Origin: a virus
Length of the DNA stretch: 64,000 nucleotides
Direction: 5' to 3' (one strand)
Virus record (IMG/VR): IMGVR_UViG_3300045988_069061
The notes under the pieces are model-generated. The model saw only the letters and a list, made by a program, of their open reading frames with translations. It was not told the DNA's origin and searched no databases. The position numbers were made by a program, and so were the translations under genes. Below, piece after piece: positions 1-12,576 of the stretch. Numbering within the stretch: position 1 is the first letter of the stretch; each line of letters begins with the position of its first letter.

Positions 1-58
1 CCCAAACTCGTCGTCTTCAAAAATTACATCATCAAAATTTTCCATATTCATATTCATT
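1..58 (-). CDS. hypothetical protein, N-terminal fragment only (MNMNMENFDDVIFEDDEFG...); the gene continues beyond the window start
   Basis: ATG at ~56-58 on the minus strand, reading leftwards out of the window. The AT-rich spacer at 60-130 upstream looks intergenic. Confidence 0.25.
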
Positions 59-132
59 TTTTAGTTAATCATACAATATATAAGCATTGATTAGTTATAC
101 AGCAATTAAAACCTAACTAATTGTTAAATTTT

Positions 133-2493
133 AATAATAAAAAATTATAGTTTCATAATAAATACCAAAGAATAAGAACGTGGTTCTATTTTCAAGGGTT
201 TATTAGGCCATTCAGAATCTGACAAGGTCTACTCTTTGCTAGTAGCAGAAGATAATGAAGTCCCTTCATCTGTCCACAAAGATATAGAATGGGTATGGCT
301 TCCACCCGTAGCAGTACCTCCCTACGTCTTTATATTAGATACTCCATCTACTGTCCCAGTTTCAGTAGTGATACCTTCTCCGGTTACGGAAGTAACAAAA
401 GTCTTAGAAACTGATTTTATACCCCAGTTATAATCAGAATATTTCAAAGATACAGATAGATCTCCAGAACTTCCCGTAGTTCCAGATAAATTCCCACTTA
501 AGCTGTGAGTATGGGCTTTATGAGGATGACTATGTTTTGGTAAGTAATCCTATGAAAGAATTAATTCATTATTTTCGTCAAGTATGGAGTCATTGTCTCC
601 GACTTCATCTGCTGAGGCAACTGCTTTAATAAATTTTCCCACTAAATTGGGAGTTCCGTTAGTTCCGTCACATATTGCCCATCCGTAAGGAATTTCTGTC
701 CCACTCCACATTAAAATAACTCCAGAAGGAATGAGAAGAGAAGAGTTAGACATTACCCTTAATTTTCTCACTCCTGCTTCACTATATACGTTAACCTATG
801 TAGTCTCATCTGAAGCTAACAAACTTCTAATAATTTCGTCAGGAGTCTGAATCTCTCCAGTCATTGTAGACTAAAATTGGCAATTTTTAAATGTTAAAGA
901 GGAATCCTAGAATAGAGAGGCATTATTTACTACATAATTGAATGTGCAGTTATCCAACATAGAATTAAAAGTAGTATTTGATACATCTTCTTTAAATGTG
1001 CAGTTATCCAACATAGAATTAAAAGTAGTATTTGATACATCTTCTTTAAATGTGCATTCCTATATAACCCCACTACAGACAACCTAATCAAAACTTCCAA
1101 ACATAGTATTATTATTGAAAGTACTATTAATAAATAGAGGATGCCTCTAATCGTAGAAACTATTACCATAACAAGGTGTTTCTAGTATAGCATAGTTAGG
1201 TAAATCCTCTAAGGTCAATACTGTTCCATTATGATTAATTTCTACTCTTATATTAGACAAGTTAATAGTATTATTATAGAAAACATTAGAATTAGTATTG
1301 TCAGACCCTCCGAAAGTATAATTCCAAATCCCATCACGTAGGAACTTTAGGTGTTTAAAGTTATAATTACAAGAATTACCATACTTATCTGTCATTTTTG
1401 TTATTAACCCCAGCGCCTGTACGTTGGTTTCATCAATAGTGTAAGTTTTATCATAAGAAATGTCGTAACTAATAATATAATCTGTGTCTTCCTCCAAAAT
1501 GCATTTATCCTAATAGTATTCATAATTGTTCTTTGCAGTTACTATGAGCGGATGGACATTAGAGGGATTTGATTCTGTTGCATCTTCTGGAAGAATTTCA
1601 GGCTCTGCTAACTCCCAGAAATTTCTGAAATTATAAAGTCTATACTATACGTTAGCATCCATCTTAGCGCTTTGTACTAGACTCCTAAAATCCTCAACGG
1701 ATATATTGATATAGTTTGATGGTAAAGAAGCATCTTCTCTTACTATAATCTTATCTACTTCTAAGACAGACTTATTATCCTAGTTATATAATCTATATCC
1801 AGTATTAGATGTGGCTCCGTAGGAATATAAAGATGTAGAATTCATAACTAAATCACCGTTTACCTATATCTTACCATCCTATAAAGCCAAATAAGACGTA
1901 TTGCCAACCTATAAATCTAAAGAATTAACAGCACGAATAATACTCTCAAACAATTCTATCTCTCCTACAGTGAGTTTCGTAAATTTATCTGTAGAGTCAT
2001 TATTTGACTATATCTTAAATTCGGAAATAGTTCCGTCTTTTATTAAAAATAACTGTCCTGAATCCTTAATAAATACTAGACCAGTTGTAATGTTAGCATT
2101 TTTTGCGTCCTCTAAAGTGTTATAATTAAAGCCTATGTTTATTAGAGCCTGATCCTTCTATTCAGAAGTTAACATCTGTTTTTCTAGAAAAGAAATATAT
2201 TGTTCTCCAGAGCTATTTAATGGTATTTTAGTTCCATCTATAGAAATCCATACTTCGTTGCCTTCTTCAGTAGGTATTAAGTATATTCCATTATCTGAAA
2301 TATCATCGGAACTAGATGCAGTTTTTAATATATTAGTGCTAGAAGAGGCAATTTTACCATTCTTTATAATATCAATAAACTTGCCACCCCACTAAACTTT
2401 TAAATCTCCTTTTGTTTTTATAATAAAATTAGAATCGGTAGAACCAATAGTATTATAGGTTTTACCGAACATATTGGTTTTACCTTCTCCCAT
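133..2493 (-). CDS. tail fibre protein with a phage tail-collar domain; read-through of several in-frame TAG codons
   Basis: Translation from ATG ~2491-2493 (MGEGKTNMFGKTYNTIGS...) runs in one frame through ORF-track fragments 1147..1497 and 550..771. The stops at 1147 and 550 are TAG. The collar-domain motif IPYGWAICDGTNGTPNL is present, followed by a His-rich HSHPHKAHTHS / GGSHTHS segment. The gene ends at TAA near 133. Confidence 0.5.
941..1056 (-). repeat. 54-bp perfect tandem direct repeat, 2.1 copies, in frame inside the tail fibre gene; duplicates an 18-aa segment (CTFKEDVSNTTFNSMLDN)
   Basis: Unit aatgtgcagttatccaacatagaattaaaagtagtatttgatacatcttcttta occurs at 941-994 and 995-1048, with a partial third copy at 1049-1056. 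Confidence 0.85.
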
Positions 2494-2496
2494 ATT

Positions 2497-2898
2497 ATTT
2501 TATAGTCAGTACTTGTCTTCTGTTTCTATTAGAATAACTTATGTGAATCCAATCTAAGTTATGTTCATCTATTAACTAATCGAATGGTAATTTCAATTTT
2601 TGAGCTAAATCAAATAACTTTTTATTTTCCGATTTAGTATCTAAAACTGTACGTATATCGGCAGCCTATCCAGTCATGTGTTGGCTAGTACTAGCTCCTC
2701 CTACAGCCCTATTCAGAGCTGGGCATCTATAACCACTAGTAACAATAATTGGCTTGCCATATGCCTCTCTAAGAGGGTCTAGAACATTTTCTATAAGAGC
2801 TATCAAATTTTGCTCTTCCTCTTTAGAAGGAACATTCTTGATTCCCTTCTACTAAGCAGTAGTGCTTTTCGTTAATTCTTCAATAGTAAAAAATTTCA
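2497..2898 (-). CDS. endolysin, peptidase M15 (VanY / L-Ala-D-Glu peptidase-like); one in-frame TAG
   Basis: Translation MKFFTIEELTKST...PIIVTSGYRCPALNRAVGGASTSQHMTGQAADI... matches the SxHxxGxAxD zinc-peptidase motif of the Peptidase_M15 / DUF882 family. Its stop overlaps the ATG of the downstream fibre gene. Confidence 0.55.
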
Positions 2899-3009
2899 TA
2901 AGATTATATGTTTATGTGTTCACAGTAATATATAATCATAATTACAGATTTATCAAAACAAAAATAGGAGAACTTCCCAACTTAGGGAAATCCTCCTACT
3001 AATTATATA

Positions 3010-3405
3010 TAGTTATCTAATCCAGTTTCTCAACTATGCTTTAAATAACTTTTTTGCTAATTGACCACTTAGATAAGCAGCTTTCTCGGAATATGGGTCA
3101 ATACCAAACTCTTTACATATATGCATTTCAACATGATTCTTTTCATGGTTATAAGTATCTATAAATTCCTCAGCGGAATCAGGTCTATTTATAACTATGA
3201 TGCTTTTGTGTTCTTCTTGGTTAGTAAACGTAAAACCTGAATTTTCGTAATCCTCTATCCTAGAAGCTGCCCTATGTAAAACATCGTCTGGACATCCCAA
3301 ATCCTCTAATCTACTCAAAATGTATTGAACATTGGGATTTTCTACAATTATGCAAACTTCTATATCCCAATCGTATTTCTCAAACAATACTCTGAAATGT
3401 GTCAT
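3010..3405 (-). CDS. hypothetical protein (MTHFRVLFEKYDWDIEV...); TAG read-through at 3034
   Basis: ORF-track fragment 3034..3405 ends at TAG (cta at 3034-36). The frame continues to TAA at ~3010. Confidence 0.4.
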
Positions 3406-3407
3406 AT

Positions 3408-3815
3408 CACATCCTCCCAGTCTACCATAGTTCCGTTAGCTACCATAGTAGCATACCATCTTCTCATAGTAGTACCATCTCCAGCGTCTTCATCGTCTAT
3501 GGTATCTTTAATGTAAAGAGCAAAATGCCTTTCATCTGTTATACTACTTCCGTAATAATCAGCCTTACACATATTGCCAACAAATACATAATCATAGCCA
3601 ACATTATTTTCTAGTTTAATGTTATTCTACGTTAATACCTTATCAATGTATTCTTTGGATACTGGCTCTAGGGATTTTCCTCCCTTCTTCATAAAAGAAA
3701 TAGCGTATGAACACAAAGCCTTATTGAAATGCCAACCGTAGTTTTGTAAGTACTTACGCATATACTTTGGCATATCGTCATACATATCCAAAGCTGCTCT
3801 CATATCAATAGTATC
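3408..3815 (-). CDS. hypothetical protein (MRAALDMYDDMPKYMRKYLQNYGW...); one in-frame TAG; ATGA overlap with the next gene
   Basis: Hand translation of the minus strand. Missed by the ORF track because of the TAG. Confidence 0.3.
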
Positions 3816-3910
3816 TTGGGTAGTCCTCGTCGTCGTAGTCAGAATCTCTCATTCCTCCACGTTTAACTCCGGCTCTTGGTACATTAGGTTTCTTTCTTCC
3901 CATATTAAGT

Positions 3911-4147
3911 TTATTTATCTTCTGTCTAAAAGAAGTTTAAAACAGTGTCAAATACTGTATCCATATAAGTCATAAAGTCATCTCTATTAAGTTCTGCAAC
4001 GCTAAAGTTAATAGACACATTTGAAGCTCCTTCAGCCATATAATAGTTGGCATCTCCAATATGTTCATCACTTAGTTCTCCTGCAGTAAGGAGATTGAAA
4101 TTAATACTAAGTACTCCGTTAACATCCTTACTCACAGTTCCTATCAT
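3911..4147 (-). CDS. hypothetical small protein; TAG read-through at 3926
   Basis: ORF 3926..4147 ends at TAG. The frame continues to TAA at 3911-13. Confidence 0.4.
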
Positions 4148-4216
4148 GTGTTGCCCATTTTCTCTTGTTTCTGAGATTTGGTAGGATTCATTCTACTTTA
4201 CAATTTCCATAAATTA

Positions 4217-4669
4217 TTATTTTACAAATAAGTCAAATACAATTTCCATTAAGTCTGCAGCCTTAACAGAATTTCCGTTAATTTCTACATCATTTCCGGA
4301 ATTAACATCTAGAATATCTGAATACTCTTCCATGGTGATTACATCATCTGGTGTATCTTTAACTTCCTCTAAGCCCTTCTGAATAAGATATTCTTGGTAT
4401 TCAGAATTAGTTTTATCGTTGAGTTCATTGAATCTTGCTTCTTCTTCCAGAGTCCTTTCGGATTTATTAGCTAATTCTCTAAGTTCATCAGATATAATCT
4501 GATTTGTAAATTCTTGAGTATCATCATCGAATTGCTTCTTAATCTTATTATAAGCCATTCTGATACGCATAATCTTTACTTTTAACTCTTTTGGGAGTTC
4601 TTTGTCACCATCTTTAAGAATAATCTTGGTGATTACATTTTGTTTTGTCAATACATCATTTAACGTCAT
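4217..4669 (-). CDS. hypothetical acidic protein (150 aa), no TAG codon, genuine TAA stop
   Basis: Intact ORF-track entry. The stop at 4217-19 is tta on the plus strand, i.e. TAA. Confidence 0.55.
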   Translation of the reverse strand: MTLNDVLTKQNVITKIILKDGDKELPKELKVKIMRIRMAYNKIKKQFDDDTQEFTNQIISDELRELANKSERTLEEEARFNELNDKTNSEYQEYLIQKGLEEVKDTPDDVITMEEYSDILDVNSGNDVEINGNSVKAADLMEIVFDLFVK

Positions 4670-4738
4670 AAATCATTAATTTTTGGTTTATACTAAACTA
4701 AATAAATATAAACTATTTTAAAAGTTAAAATTTATTAA

Positions 4739-7700
4739 TTATTCTCGAGTATTAGTTATGTATGTAAAAGACACTTTATTTGGTAACTAATTTGCTTGGT
4801 AAGAATAAACATATAACGTTGTTCCAGAAACATAAAAAGCGGCCCATCTAAGGGCTGACCCACCACCTTTAGAAGCAGACTATCCAGTTGTATAAACAGC
4901 TGATGGGAGATTAGTTAAAAGGGTAGTTGTTCCCGTAGACCCGTCCCCAACTGAAGACATATTTATAGATACACATACCACCTAACCATATCTAATTACA
5001 TAAATATATCCGCTTATACCAAAAGCGCTAAAATAACGACCACTATTCACAACTTTATAACTGTTGGCTGCATTAGGAATTCCATTATTAATATATATAG
5101 GAGTCGATGAAGATCCTATAGTATTAGTATAGTCGTCAATAGAGTTAGTACCGCTATAATAAGCTAGTTTGCCAGATGCTCCAGAGTTAACTGTAGCATT
5201 TAAGTAATATGTCATAGCAGTAACAGTTCCATTAGTTACATATACTCCTCTATTTGAGGCACCAGCATTACCCTTGGCGAAGTCCGCTAATGATTTGTAG
5301 GAGCCTCCAGCTAACAATACATAGCTATTACTATTTACTGAATTATGATAAAAACCAGCACCTGCTCTAATATATCCAGAAGACCATGAGTTTCCAGTAA
5401 CATGTGATTTATAAGTACCATTATTCGGAGAAGTAGCTCCTACAGTAATTCCCCCATTAGTAACTAAATATCCATCTGTTCTTATCTATCCAGTATTTTG
5501 ATAAACCGATTTACTCCCAAAGGTTCTAATCCAAGTACTGTCGGACATATACCATCCACCACCATAAGTCTGAGAATACCATCCCGTAGATCCAGTACTT
5601 CTAAACCAATTTGAAGTATAGGCAGTACTAAACTTAGGTGAAGTACTTGTACTAGAAGAAGTAGATACTGCTATGTTAGCCCAATATCTTGTTCCAGTCC
5701 AGAATCCACTATCATTTGTTAAATGACTAGTGTGAGTCGGTATATTTACTGTAACAGCAGCACTACCATTATATGTTTTAGAAGAAAATTTTCCTGCAGA
5801 AAATGTTAGGGTATTAGCAACCTTTGCAGCCGTATTAACTATAGTTATTCCAGTCATAGAAACATACCTATCAGAAGGAAGAGACTGTGCTGTAGTAGTA
5901 TTACCAGTATAAAATGTTCCTAGAGTAGTAGCCTCAGTATCAGTTCTCCATGTCTTAGCTAAAACTCTGTAATTATAAACACTATACTAGCTACTTGGGT
6001 TACACCATAACTGACATAGACCACTACTATTATTGTAATATAATCTAAACCTATCTGTAGGAATATTTCCGACTACTTCAGCCAAGTAAGCACTTATATT
6101 TTTAGCAGTCCCAGTTCCATTCTATCTTAACTTAAAAGATATTATTCCCCACTACTAATTATAGGCTGAATGTACAAGAAGATTAATATCAACATCATTA
6201 TACTAATTATTTAATGTTATATCCCATACCTTTCTCCAGTAAGAGGAAAGTCCGGCACTACTAGTAACATATCCATCTTTTAGTATATAATTTAGATGCC
6301 AACCATCTAGCATATCGGCATTTAAATTAGAAACTACAGTAGTAGAAGAAACCGTAAACGGAGATGTTCCAGTTGCTACAGTAAATTTCTACTAAGTGCT
6401 AAAGGTTTTGATTCCACTAACAGTTTGATTAGTGGTTAAAGTTACATACCTTCCGTCTCCATACCTCTGATAATTATAACTATCTAGAATTAATCTCCAA
6501 CCTCCTGCAAATGTTCCTGTAGCTACCGCCCCATTGACAATCTATCTCATATATAATCCATGAGTAGTTCCCATATTATTAGGTCCAGATAGAATATCTG
6601 TATAGTATGTAGAACCCCAATACATCCTCAAGCACTAACCATTTTTATAGACTGCATCCTAACTATCAGAGGGCATTCCCCACTATCCTCCAGCAGCAGT
6701 TCCTCCTACTACAAAGCTTCCAGAGGAGTAATAAGTTAACCCAGTATTCTAAACCGAAGAAGATGAGTTAATTCTTGAAGATGCAGTAGCGTATGGAACT
6801 GTAAGATTATTAACCGTTCCATTCTTAGTCCAAGTTACATAATTTCCGTTTGTACCTAAAGCAGTAACGAAATTGGCAGGATTTACATAAGAAGTATAAT
6901 TCAACTCGTCTAGTATTCTAACCCACTTTCCATTTGCCAAGGCTCCAGCAGCTACTCTTTTATAATATAAGCTGTTAACATTAAATGGGACAGCTAAATC
7001 AGTATAATATCCAGAGCTATTTGCATGATTAAATCGTAGAATATGCCACCAAGTAGTTGTGGGAGTATTATTGGCTTTAACAGCAGTTCCAGCAGTTCCA
7101 TCTATGTTGAAATAGTTTAATCCATTCCATCCATAATCCATTCTACTATTAGATGCCAAATACTATGCAGTTGTAGCTGTAGCAGCATTACCAGTAATTG
7201 AGATTCCCCAAGTACCACTTGCACCTTCACCAGTTTTAGTCACAGTATAATTAGTATAATTTCTGTGAGTTAATACTCTAGTCCAAGCGGAAGTATAACC
7301 ACTCCCGTTGCTTGTATAGAATAACATTTCGTTAACAGCAGGATTACTTACTCCTGAGTTATTATATGGAGTTATATATAACTACGTCTTGTTTGTATCA
7401 CTAGCTCCCCACTAGAATATAGCTGTTCCTGCCAATGGAATATTTACACCAGTATCTGTAGATACATATCCATTATTAGCATAAACCCAAGAACCTCGTT
7501 CAGCAAATGCTACAAATGCTTTATTAACAAATGTAGAAGAATATGTATCAGCTGTATAAGCCTTTCCAGAAGAGCCATGATTAGCAATTTTATTACCTCC
7601 TACATATCTTCCATCAATAGAGCCAAACTAGTAGGTAGTAGTGATAGTTACATTCTAACTACCATTAACAGAAGCACTACCAGTAACTGCACCAGATAGA

Positions 7701-9007
7701 CTAATAGTTCGTGCAGTACCCCAATAAGCTGTTACTATATTAGTAGTTCCATTAAATGACGTTCCATTGATAGTTCTTTCAGTCTATAGTTTAGTTGCTG
7801 TTGCCGCATTGCCTGTAATAGAAACTCCAAGAGTTGTACTACAAGCTGTTGGTGTACCTGCATTTAGGTATATAGGAAGGGTTGCAGAACCTTTTGTAGC
7901 CGTTCCAATCTTTAAAACTATTCCAGTATAGTTAGCACTATCTACAATAGTTTTCCATGATTTTGTATTCAAAATTGAGTCTGTACTATTTCTCCAATAC
8001 AAACTTCCAGAATACATAGAGTAGAACTACATATATCTGGTACTTCCACTTCCAGTATTAAACTATACTAGGTGTCCAGAAGCTCCTGTATACTTTACAT
8101 TCCAGCTACCACATAAATTATTATTACTTGCTAATTCGGTAGCTGTAGGAACAGAACTTGCTATGAACTAATCTCCTCTAGCTCTAAAGAATGAAGTTTC
8201 ATGTAACCCGTCTAATAAGTCTGAATTAAGGTTAGTAACCACAGTTGTGCTAGTTACCTTTAATGGAGAGGTACCTGTAGCAATAGTAGATATTAACTGA
8301 GTTCCTGTTATAGCAGCTTTTACTATTAGAGGTCCAGTCATAGTATCTCCAGTTACATTCACATATCTCTCATCGGATTCAGTTTTAGTATAGTAATTCT
8401 CAGCTAGTGCGACTGATTTACCATCTAATTTTAAAACCCCTTTACTTATAAACAGACCTACCGTTCCACCCCAAGGACTAGTTGCTGTAGGATACGGAAG
8501 TATGCAGATAGAGCCATTTCCATCTCCTCCAGTATTATGCTGTCCTATAGAAGGGTCGTAGGTATTCCTAGATGCACCATTTTTATACCATTTCAGTATA
8601 GTAGTATAGTCACTAGTATCATTCTAGTTCTATATAATACTAGCATTACTAACAAATCTAACACTAGTAGAAAAAGTCTTTGCTCCTGTAATACTTTGAG
8701 TAGTGTCAAGAGTTACAAACTTATTATCTAAAATTGAATAAAACTAAGTCTTACTCACTCTTCTAATAAAGGTATCAGAAGTATTTCTTACATATACGGA
8801 ACCAATATCTGTTAACGCTTCATCAGAAATAGCTGAGTTAAAATAAGTAGCGTAAATATGCTAGCTGGCGTTTCGTTGAACTAGGGTGCTGGCTTTGCTT
8901 GAAGCAGAGTACTCTAAGTCTCCTCCGTTGCTAAGAAGGACTTGTGTAGCGCTTCCTTGATATGTGGTTCCTATAAGTTTTGCATATCCATCTTTAACTT
9001 TTATCAT
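4739..9007 (-). CDS. very long tail fibre protein (~1420 aa) with phage tail-fibre repeat motifs; many in-frame TAG codons
   Basis: ORF-track fragments 8168..8362, 7784..8017, 6749..7159, 5486..5857 and 4982..5317 are all in one frame, and each ends at TAG. N-terminus from ATG ~9005-9007 reads MIKVKDGYAKLIGTTYQGSATQVLLSNGGDLEYS... Motifs present: GDTMTGPL, ITGNAATATKL, QSITGAKTF. Frame tracing ends at TAA ~4739-41. Confidence 0.5.
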
Positions 9008-10281
9008 ATTATCCTCTTAAATTTAAATGTATAAGTGTAAGCAGCGCCTATGCCAGCACTTGCACCTATCTATAATTTTAAAACTTCAGAACTTTGCATA
9101 ACAGTTCTTAAGTAAATTGTTTTTCCATAAGCATGACCAGAACGGTGAAGGATAATTTCATCGGTGTCTGTATCATTAGTACCATCTCTATACCAACTCA
9201 TTACACCAGAATTATAGCAATGCCACATAGCTCCTGTATTATCGTTAGCACTAACTTGTACCTATACTATATAAGTTCCATTAGCAGGAAGGTTAGTAGA
9301 TGTTATTCCCGTATCCATCCATGCTTGTGTAACATTTAACGATTTAGTAATGGTTGTGAGATTGTTAGATAATTCTTCTGTTTTTAACATAAAGTCGGAT
9401 ACAGCTTTATGTCCTCCTCCACCCAACAATACATAAGAGTCAGAAGAATTAGTCTTTTTATAACCTGCTGCTGTAACATTAACTGTGAATGTCTTAGCCC
9501 CAGTTATAGTTTGTGCAGTATTTAATGTAACGTAATTAGCTAATGATTGATGTTCTGTAAGAACTGGTTTTCCACCTGAGTACAATTTATTAGCCCATAG
9601 ACTACCTGTACTAGGCTGAGCATATATTGTTGTAGTTACATAAACTTGCTAAGTAACACTAGCACCTAAATCAGCAGTGGTACTTGTGTTAGTATAACCT
9701 AAAGCAAGAGGTCTATAATTTGAGGTAGTGGTAGCAGACTACAATACTTTCTAATCAGTATTCATGTCTGTATACCATCTAACCCAAGTTTTCCAAGCAG
9801 AAGAATCATGGTACCTAAACCATATCAGACCATTAGAAGTAATTAACTTCTAATAACGATAACCACTAGCATTTCGACCAACATATAATTCATATGCATC
9901 TACTCCACTAGGTTTGTTCGTTGTGGTATTACCACCGCCAGCATAGTACCATCTCCCTTCGTCTAAGTAATCATCTAGATCTTGATCAGTTAATTGGGTA
10001 TAAATGAATGTCACAGCCGCAGCCGCAGGTATGGACCAGGTGCCATCTTCCCTTAAAAATCTAACATTTGTTGCAGTATATGAAGGGACAGGCACCAATC
10101 CGTTATAACCTCCACTTCCACTAGAAGTATGTTTTTTAAATACTGAGTAAGTAGTATCTGTCCCTTTAAACTTTATCCCTCTAGTAAAGATATTTAAGCC
10201 CTTTAAGTCAAAGGTTACATCATTATTATTGGGAGCAGTCGTTAAAGCTGCTGCCGTAGTAGGATTGTATGCTATCTTCAT
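9004..10281 (-). CDS. tail fibre protein (~425 aa); TAG read-through
   Basis: Fragments 9850..10281 and 9262..9585 are in the same frame and joined through TAG codons. The TITGAKTF fibre motif is present. TGA at 9004-06 overlaps the ATG of the downstream fibre gene (ATGA). Confidence 0.5.
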
Positions 10282-10284
10282 AGA

Positions 10285-11460
10285 TTATGCTATTTCGTAT
10301 TTTTTAGTACTGATATTATACCAGCTTATTCCAAAACTAATATCTTGTATATTGTCCCCGTTAGAGTCTGCTTTTAAATAAACATCTTCAGATGGTACGA
10401 AGTTTAACGTCTTGTCTCCGATTGATACACCTCTAATAGTAATAGGTCTCCATGAATCCTTTGTAGCTGGGTCGTAACCTAAAGCGTTAATAATATTCTG
10501 TTTAGTTAAATAAATGCTTCCAGCGCTAGTAACAGAAATCGTTTTATTCTTAGAGTCTTTGTCTACAATTACTCCTCCTATAGTAGTAGTAGTTGCGGCT
10601 ACTAGAGATATTGTTCTAGCTGCACTACCATTATAAGTAACTCCAGTAGTTCCAAAAGTTAAGCCTACACCAAGTGACAATGCATTACTAACCTTCTTAG
10701 CTTCTCCTACTACTAAAGTAGATTGTGCAGCCCAAGTAGGAGCAGCACTACCATTACTAAGTAGTACCTAACCCTAAGTACCACCAGTTGTTGGAGCATA
10801 AATAGTAAATGTATTAGTACTATTACTATAAACATATATAGAAGTACCGTTGACAGTGTGTTTAACCTATCCGTTAATATTTGCTTCTACAGCTGTCCAA
10901 TAAGCTGCAGTGTTTAATCCGCTTCCTGTTCCGTCTTGTATACATATTAGTAAGTCGCCAGCTGAACACGTCTATCCAGCATAAGTTCCCTGAGAAGTCA
11001 CTCTATAGGTATCCCCAACCTCACATTTAGTAGGGAATCCCTAAACCTCTACTCCAGCAACAGTATGTGTTGTATAGCTTCCATTACTATAAGCAATAGT
11101 ACCCTTATACCGCATTGCATCGTTAGCAGCAAAGCTAGCATTAATTATCTAATGAACCTACTAAGTAGTAAATAGGGTTGTTGTGTTATTTACAGAGGTA
11201 TTTTCAGCCATTGGTAAGTCTGTAGTTGTTATCTCAGCCCAGGTAGCATTTCCTCTAAATATTTCAGTGGATTTACCGCTAGAAATAGGAACTAAACCTC
11301 TTACTGTAGGAGTAAATGTGGGAGTAAAATCCTTTCCATGAGATATAATATGACCGTCTTTAGAAAAGAATAGCTTTACGTATTCCCCAGAAGCAGATTC
11401 CGGCAAAGAAAGATTGCTAGATATTTCAGCATAGGTATTAGCAAAATTTAATAGTGCCAT
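10285..11460 (-). CDS. tail or structural protein (~390 aa); TAG read-through
   Basis: Fragments 11161..11460 and 10285..10680 share a frame. The stop at 11161 is TAG. The terminal stop at 10285-87 is TAA. The region upstream of 11460 is AT-rich and looks intergenic. Confidence 0.5.
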
Positions 11461-11466
11461 ATTATA

Positions 11467-11886
11467 AATAATTCCATTTTAATATAATTTTATTATCTTC
11501 ATCTATTCCAAAATCATTCCCCAGAAGCAGATTCCGGTCTTCTGAACCATTATACTAAAAATAGCCTTCTTGGTCTACAACTACAGTCATTTCACTTGTT
11601 GGGGCTACTTCAACTATATGTCCTCGATTATCGTATTTTACCTTTACTGAAGAAGGAGATTCATTTGCAGTTATGGAATTGGAGTGAGTAAGAATTATAT
11701 TTTTTTCTTGCTTAAATGCCTATAGTCCAGACCCAGCAGGCGTAATAATCTGCTCAATCTTCCTCTCTAGCATATTATCAAGAGTAATTACTTCTTCACC
11801 ATCTTTAACTAAAACAGCTTCAGAAGTAGTCTAAGGAACGAATATCTAACCATGTTGCTTAAGTTGTTTAATAGTTAATTCCATGA
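11467..11886 (-). CDS. hypothetical protein (MELTIKQLKQHGQIFVPQTTSEAVLVKDGEEVITLDNM...); in-frame TAGs
   Basis: Hand translation. Absent from the ORF track because of TAG codons. Confidence 0.35.
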
Positions 11887-11889
11887 TTA

Positions 11890-12573
11890 TCCTCCTATTA
11901 CTTGGTCTGTGCTATCTGTACTGACCATACTGTCATATAAATCTCTAGGAATAGTATAATTAACTACAACCTTAGCACTACCATCTGATGTAGTAACATC
12001 CTATGCTGTTATAGCATTAGCTAGCTAACCATTAATCGTGTTGATAGTCTAGTTAAAGGTTTCTTTAGTTACATATCCAGATAAATCTACATCTGTTTGA
12101 ACTTCCCCAATTTTTTCCCAAATATACTTAGCCTATGTGTTTTCATACACACAAATATATTCGATAAAAATATTTCCTGCAGTACCAGATGTTGCAGGAA
12201 CTAAATATATAGAATTTAAACAGTCTTTTGATGCTGTTGGTAGCTAAGTAACTATCTTGTATAGTTCTATGCTATTAGTAGTACTAATAACTCCATCTGG
12301 AGATATAGTAATACCTACACCAGCAGTAAGTTTGTCCTATTTTCCTTCTAGAGCAGTATTAATTTCTTGGACTGTAGTTTTTAATTTAGCAATATCTGCA
12401 GCATTAGTTCCAACTACTCCCATAGTAGTTCTCAATACTTTATCGAGAGTTGTTATTCCTAATGATGAAAGTCCTGGAATATTAGAGGTGTTTACTACTA
12501 CTGCCTCCGCTAAGGTAATAGGTACAAATTCGGTTTTTGATTGAAATAATCTTTTTATTTGTGTTGTACTCAT
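11890..12573 (-). CDS. structural or fibre-like protein (~227 aa); TAG read-through
   Basis: Fragment 12337..12573 (MSTTQIKRLFQSK...) ends at TAG. The frame continues to TAA at ~11890. Confidence 0.45.
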
Positions 12574-12576
12574 AAT

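Noticed and set aside
236-433. Plus-strand ORFs in the ORF track inside the minus-strand structural block (236..433, 1901..2125, 3325..3516, 3399..3614, 8537..8731, 9133..9339, 12257..12544, 17328..17510, 18633..18818, 19959..20153, 22289..22525, 24956..25255, 25829..26068, 27161..27430, 31169..31414, 31758..31958, 33008..33226, 33295..33573)
   Set aside because: They lie antisense to long TAG-read-through genes whose products carry recognisable motifs (TerL, fibres, RT). They are short, have odd composition and no motifs, so they are most likely spurious.
936-1056. CRISPR array candidates (tandem repeats at 941-1056 and 42838-42941)
   Set aside because: Only ~2 directly abutting identical copies with no spacers, and no cas genes. 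These are simple tandem duplications.
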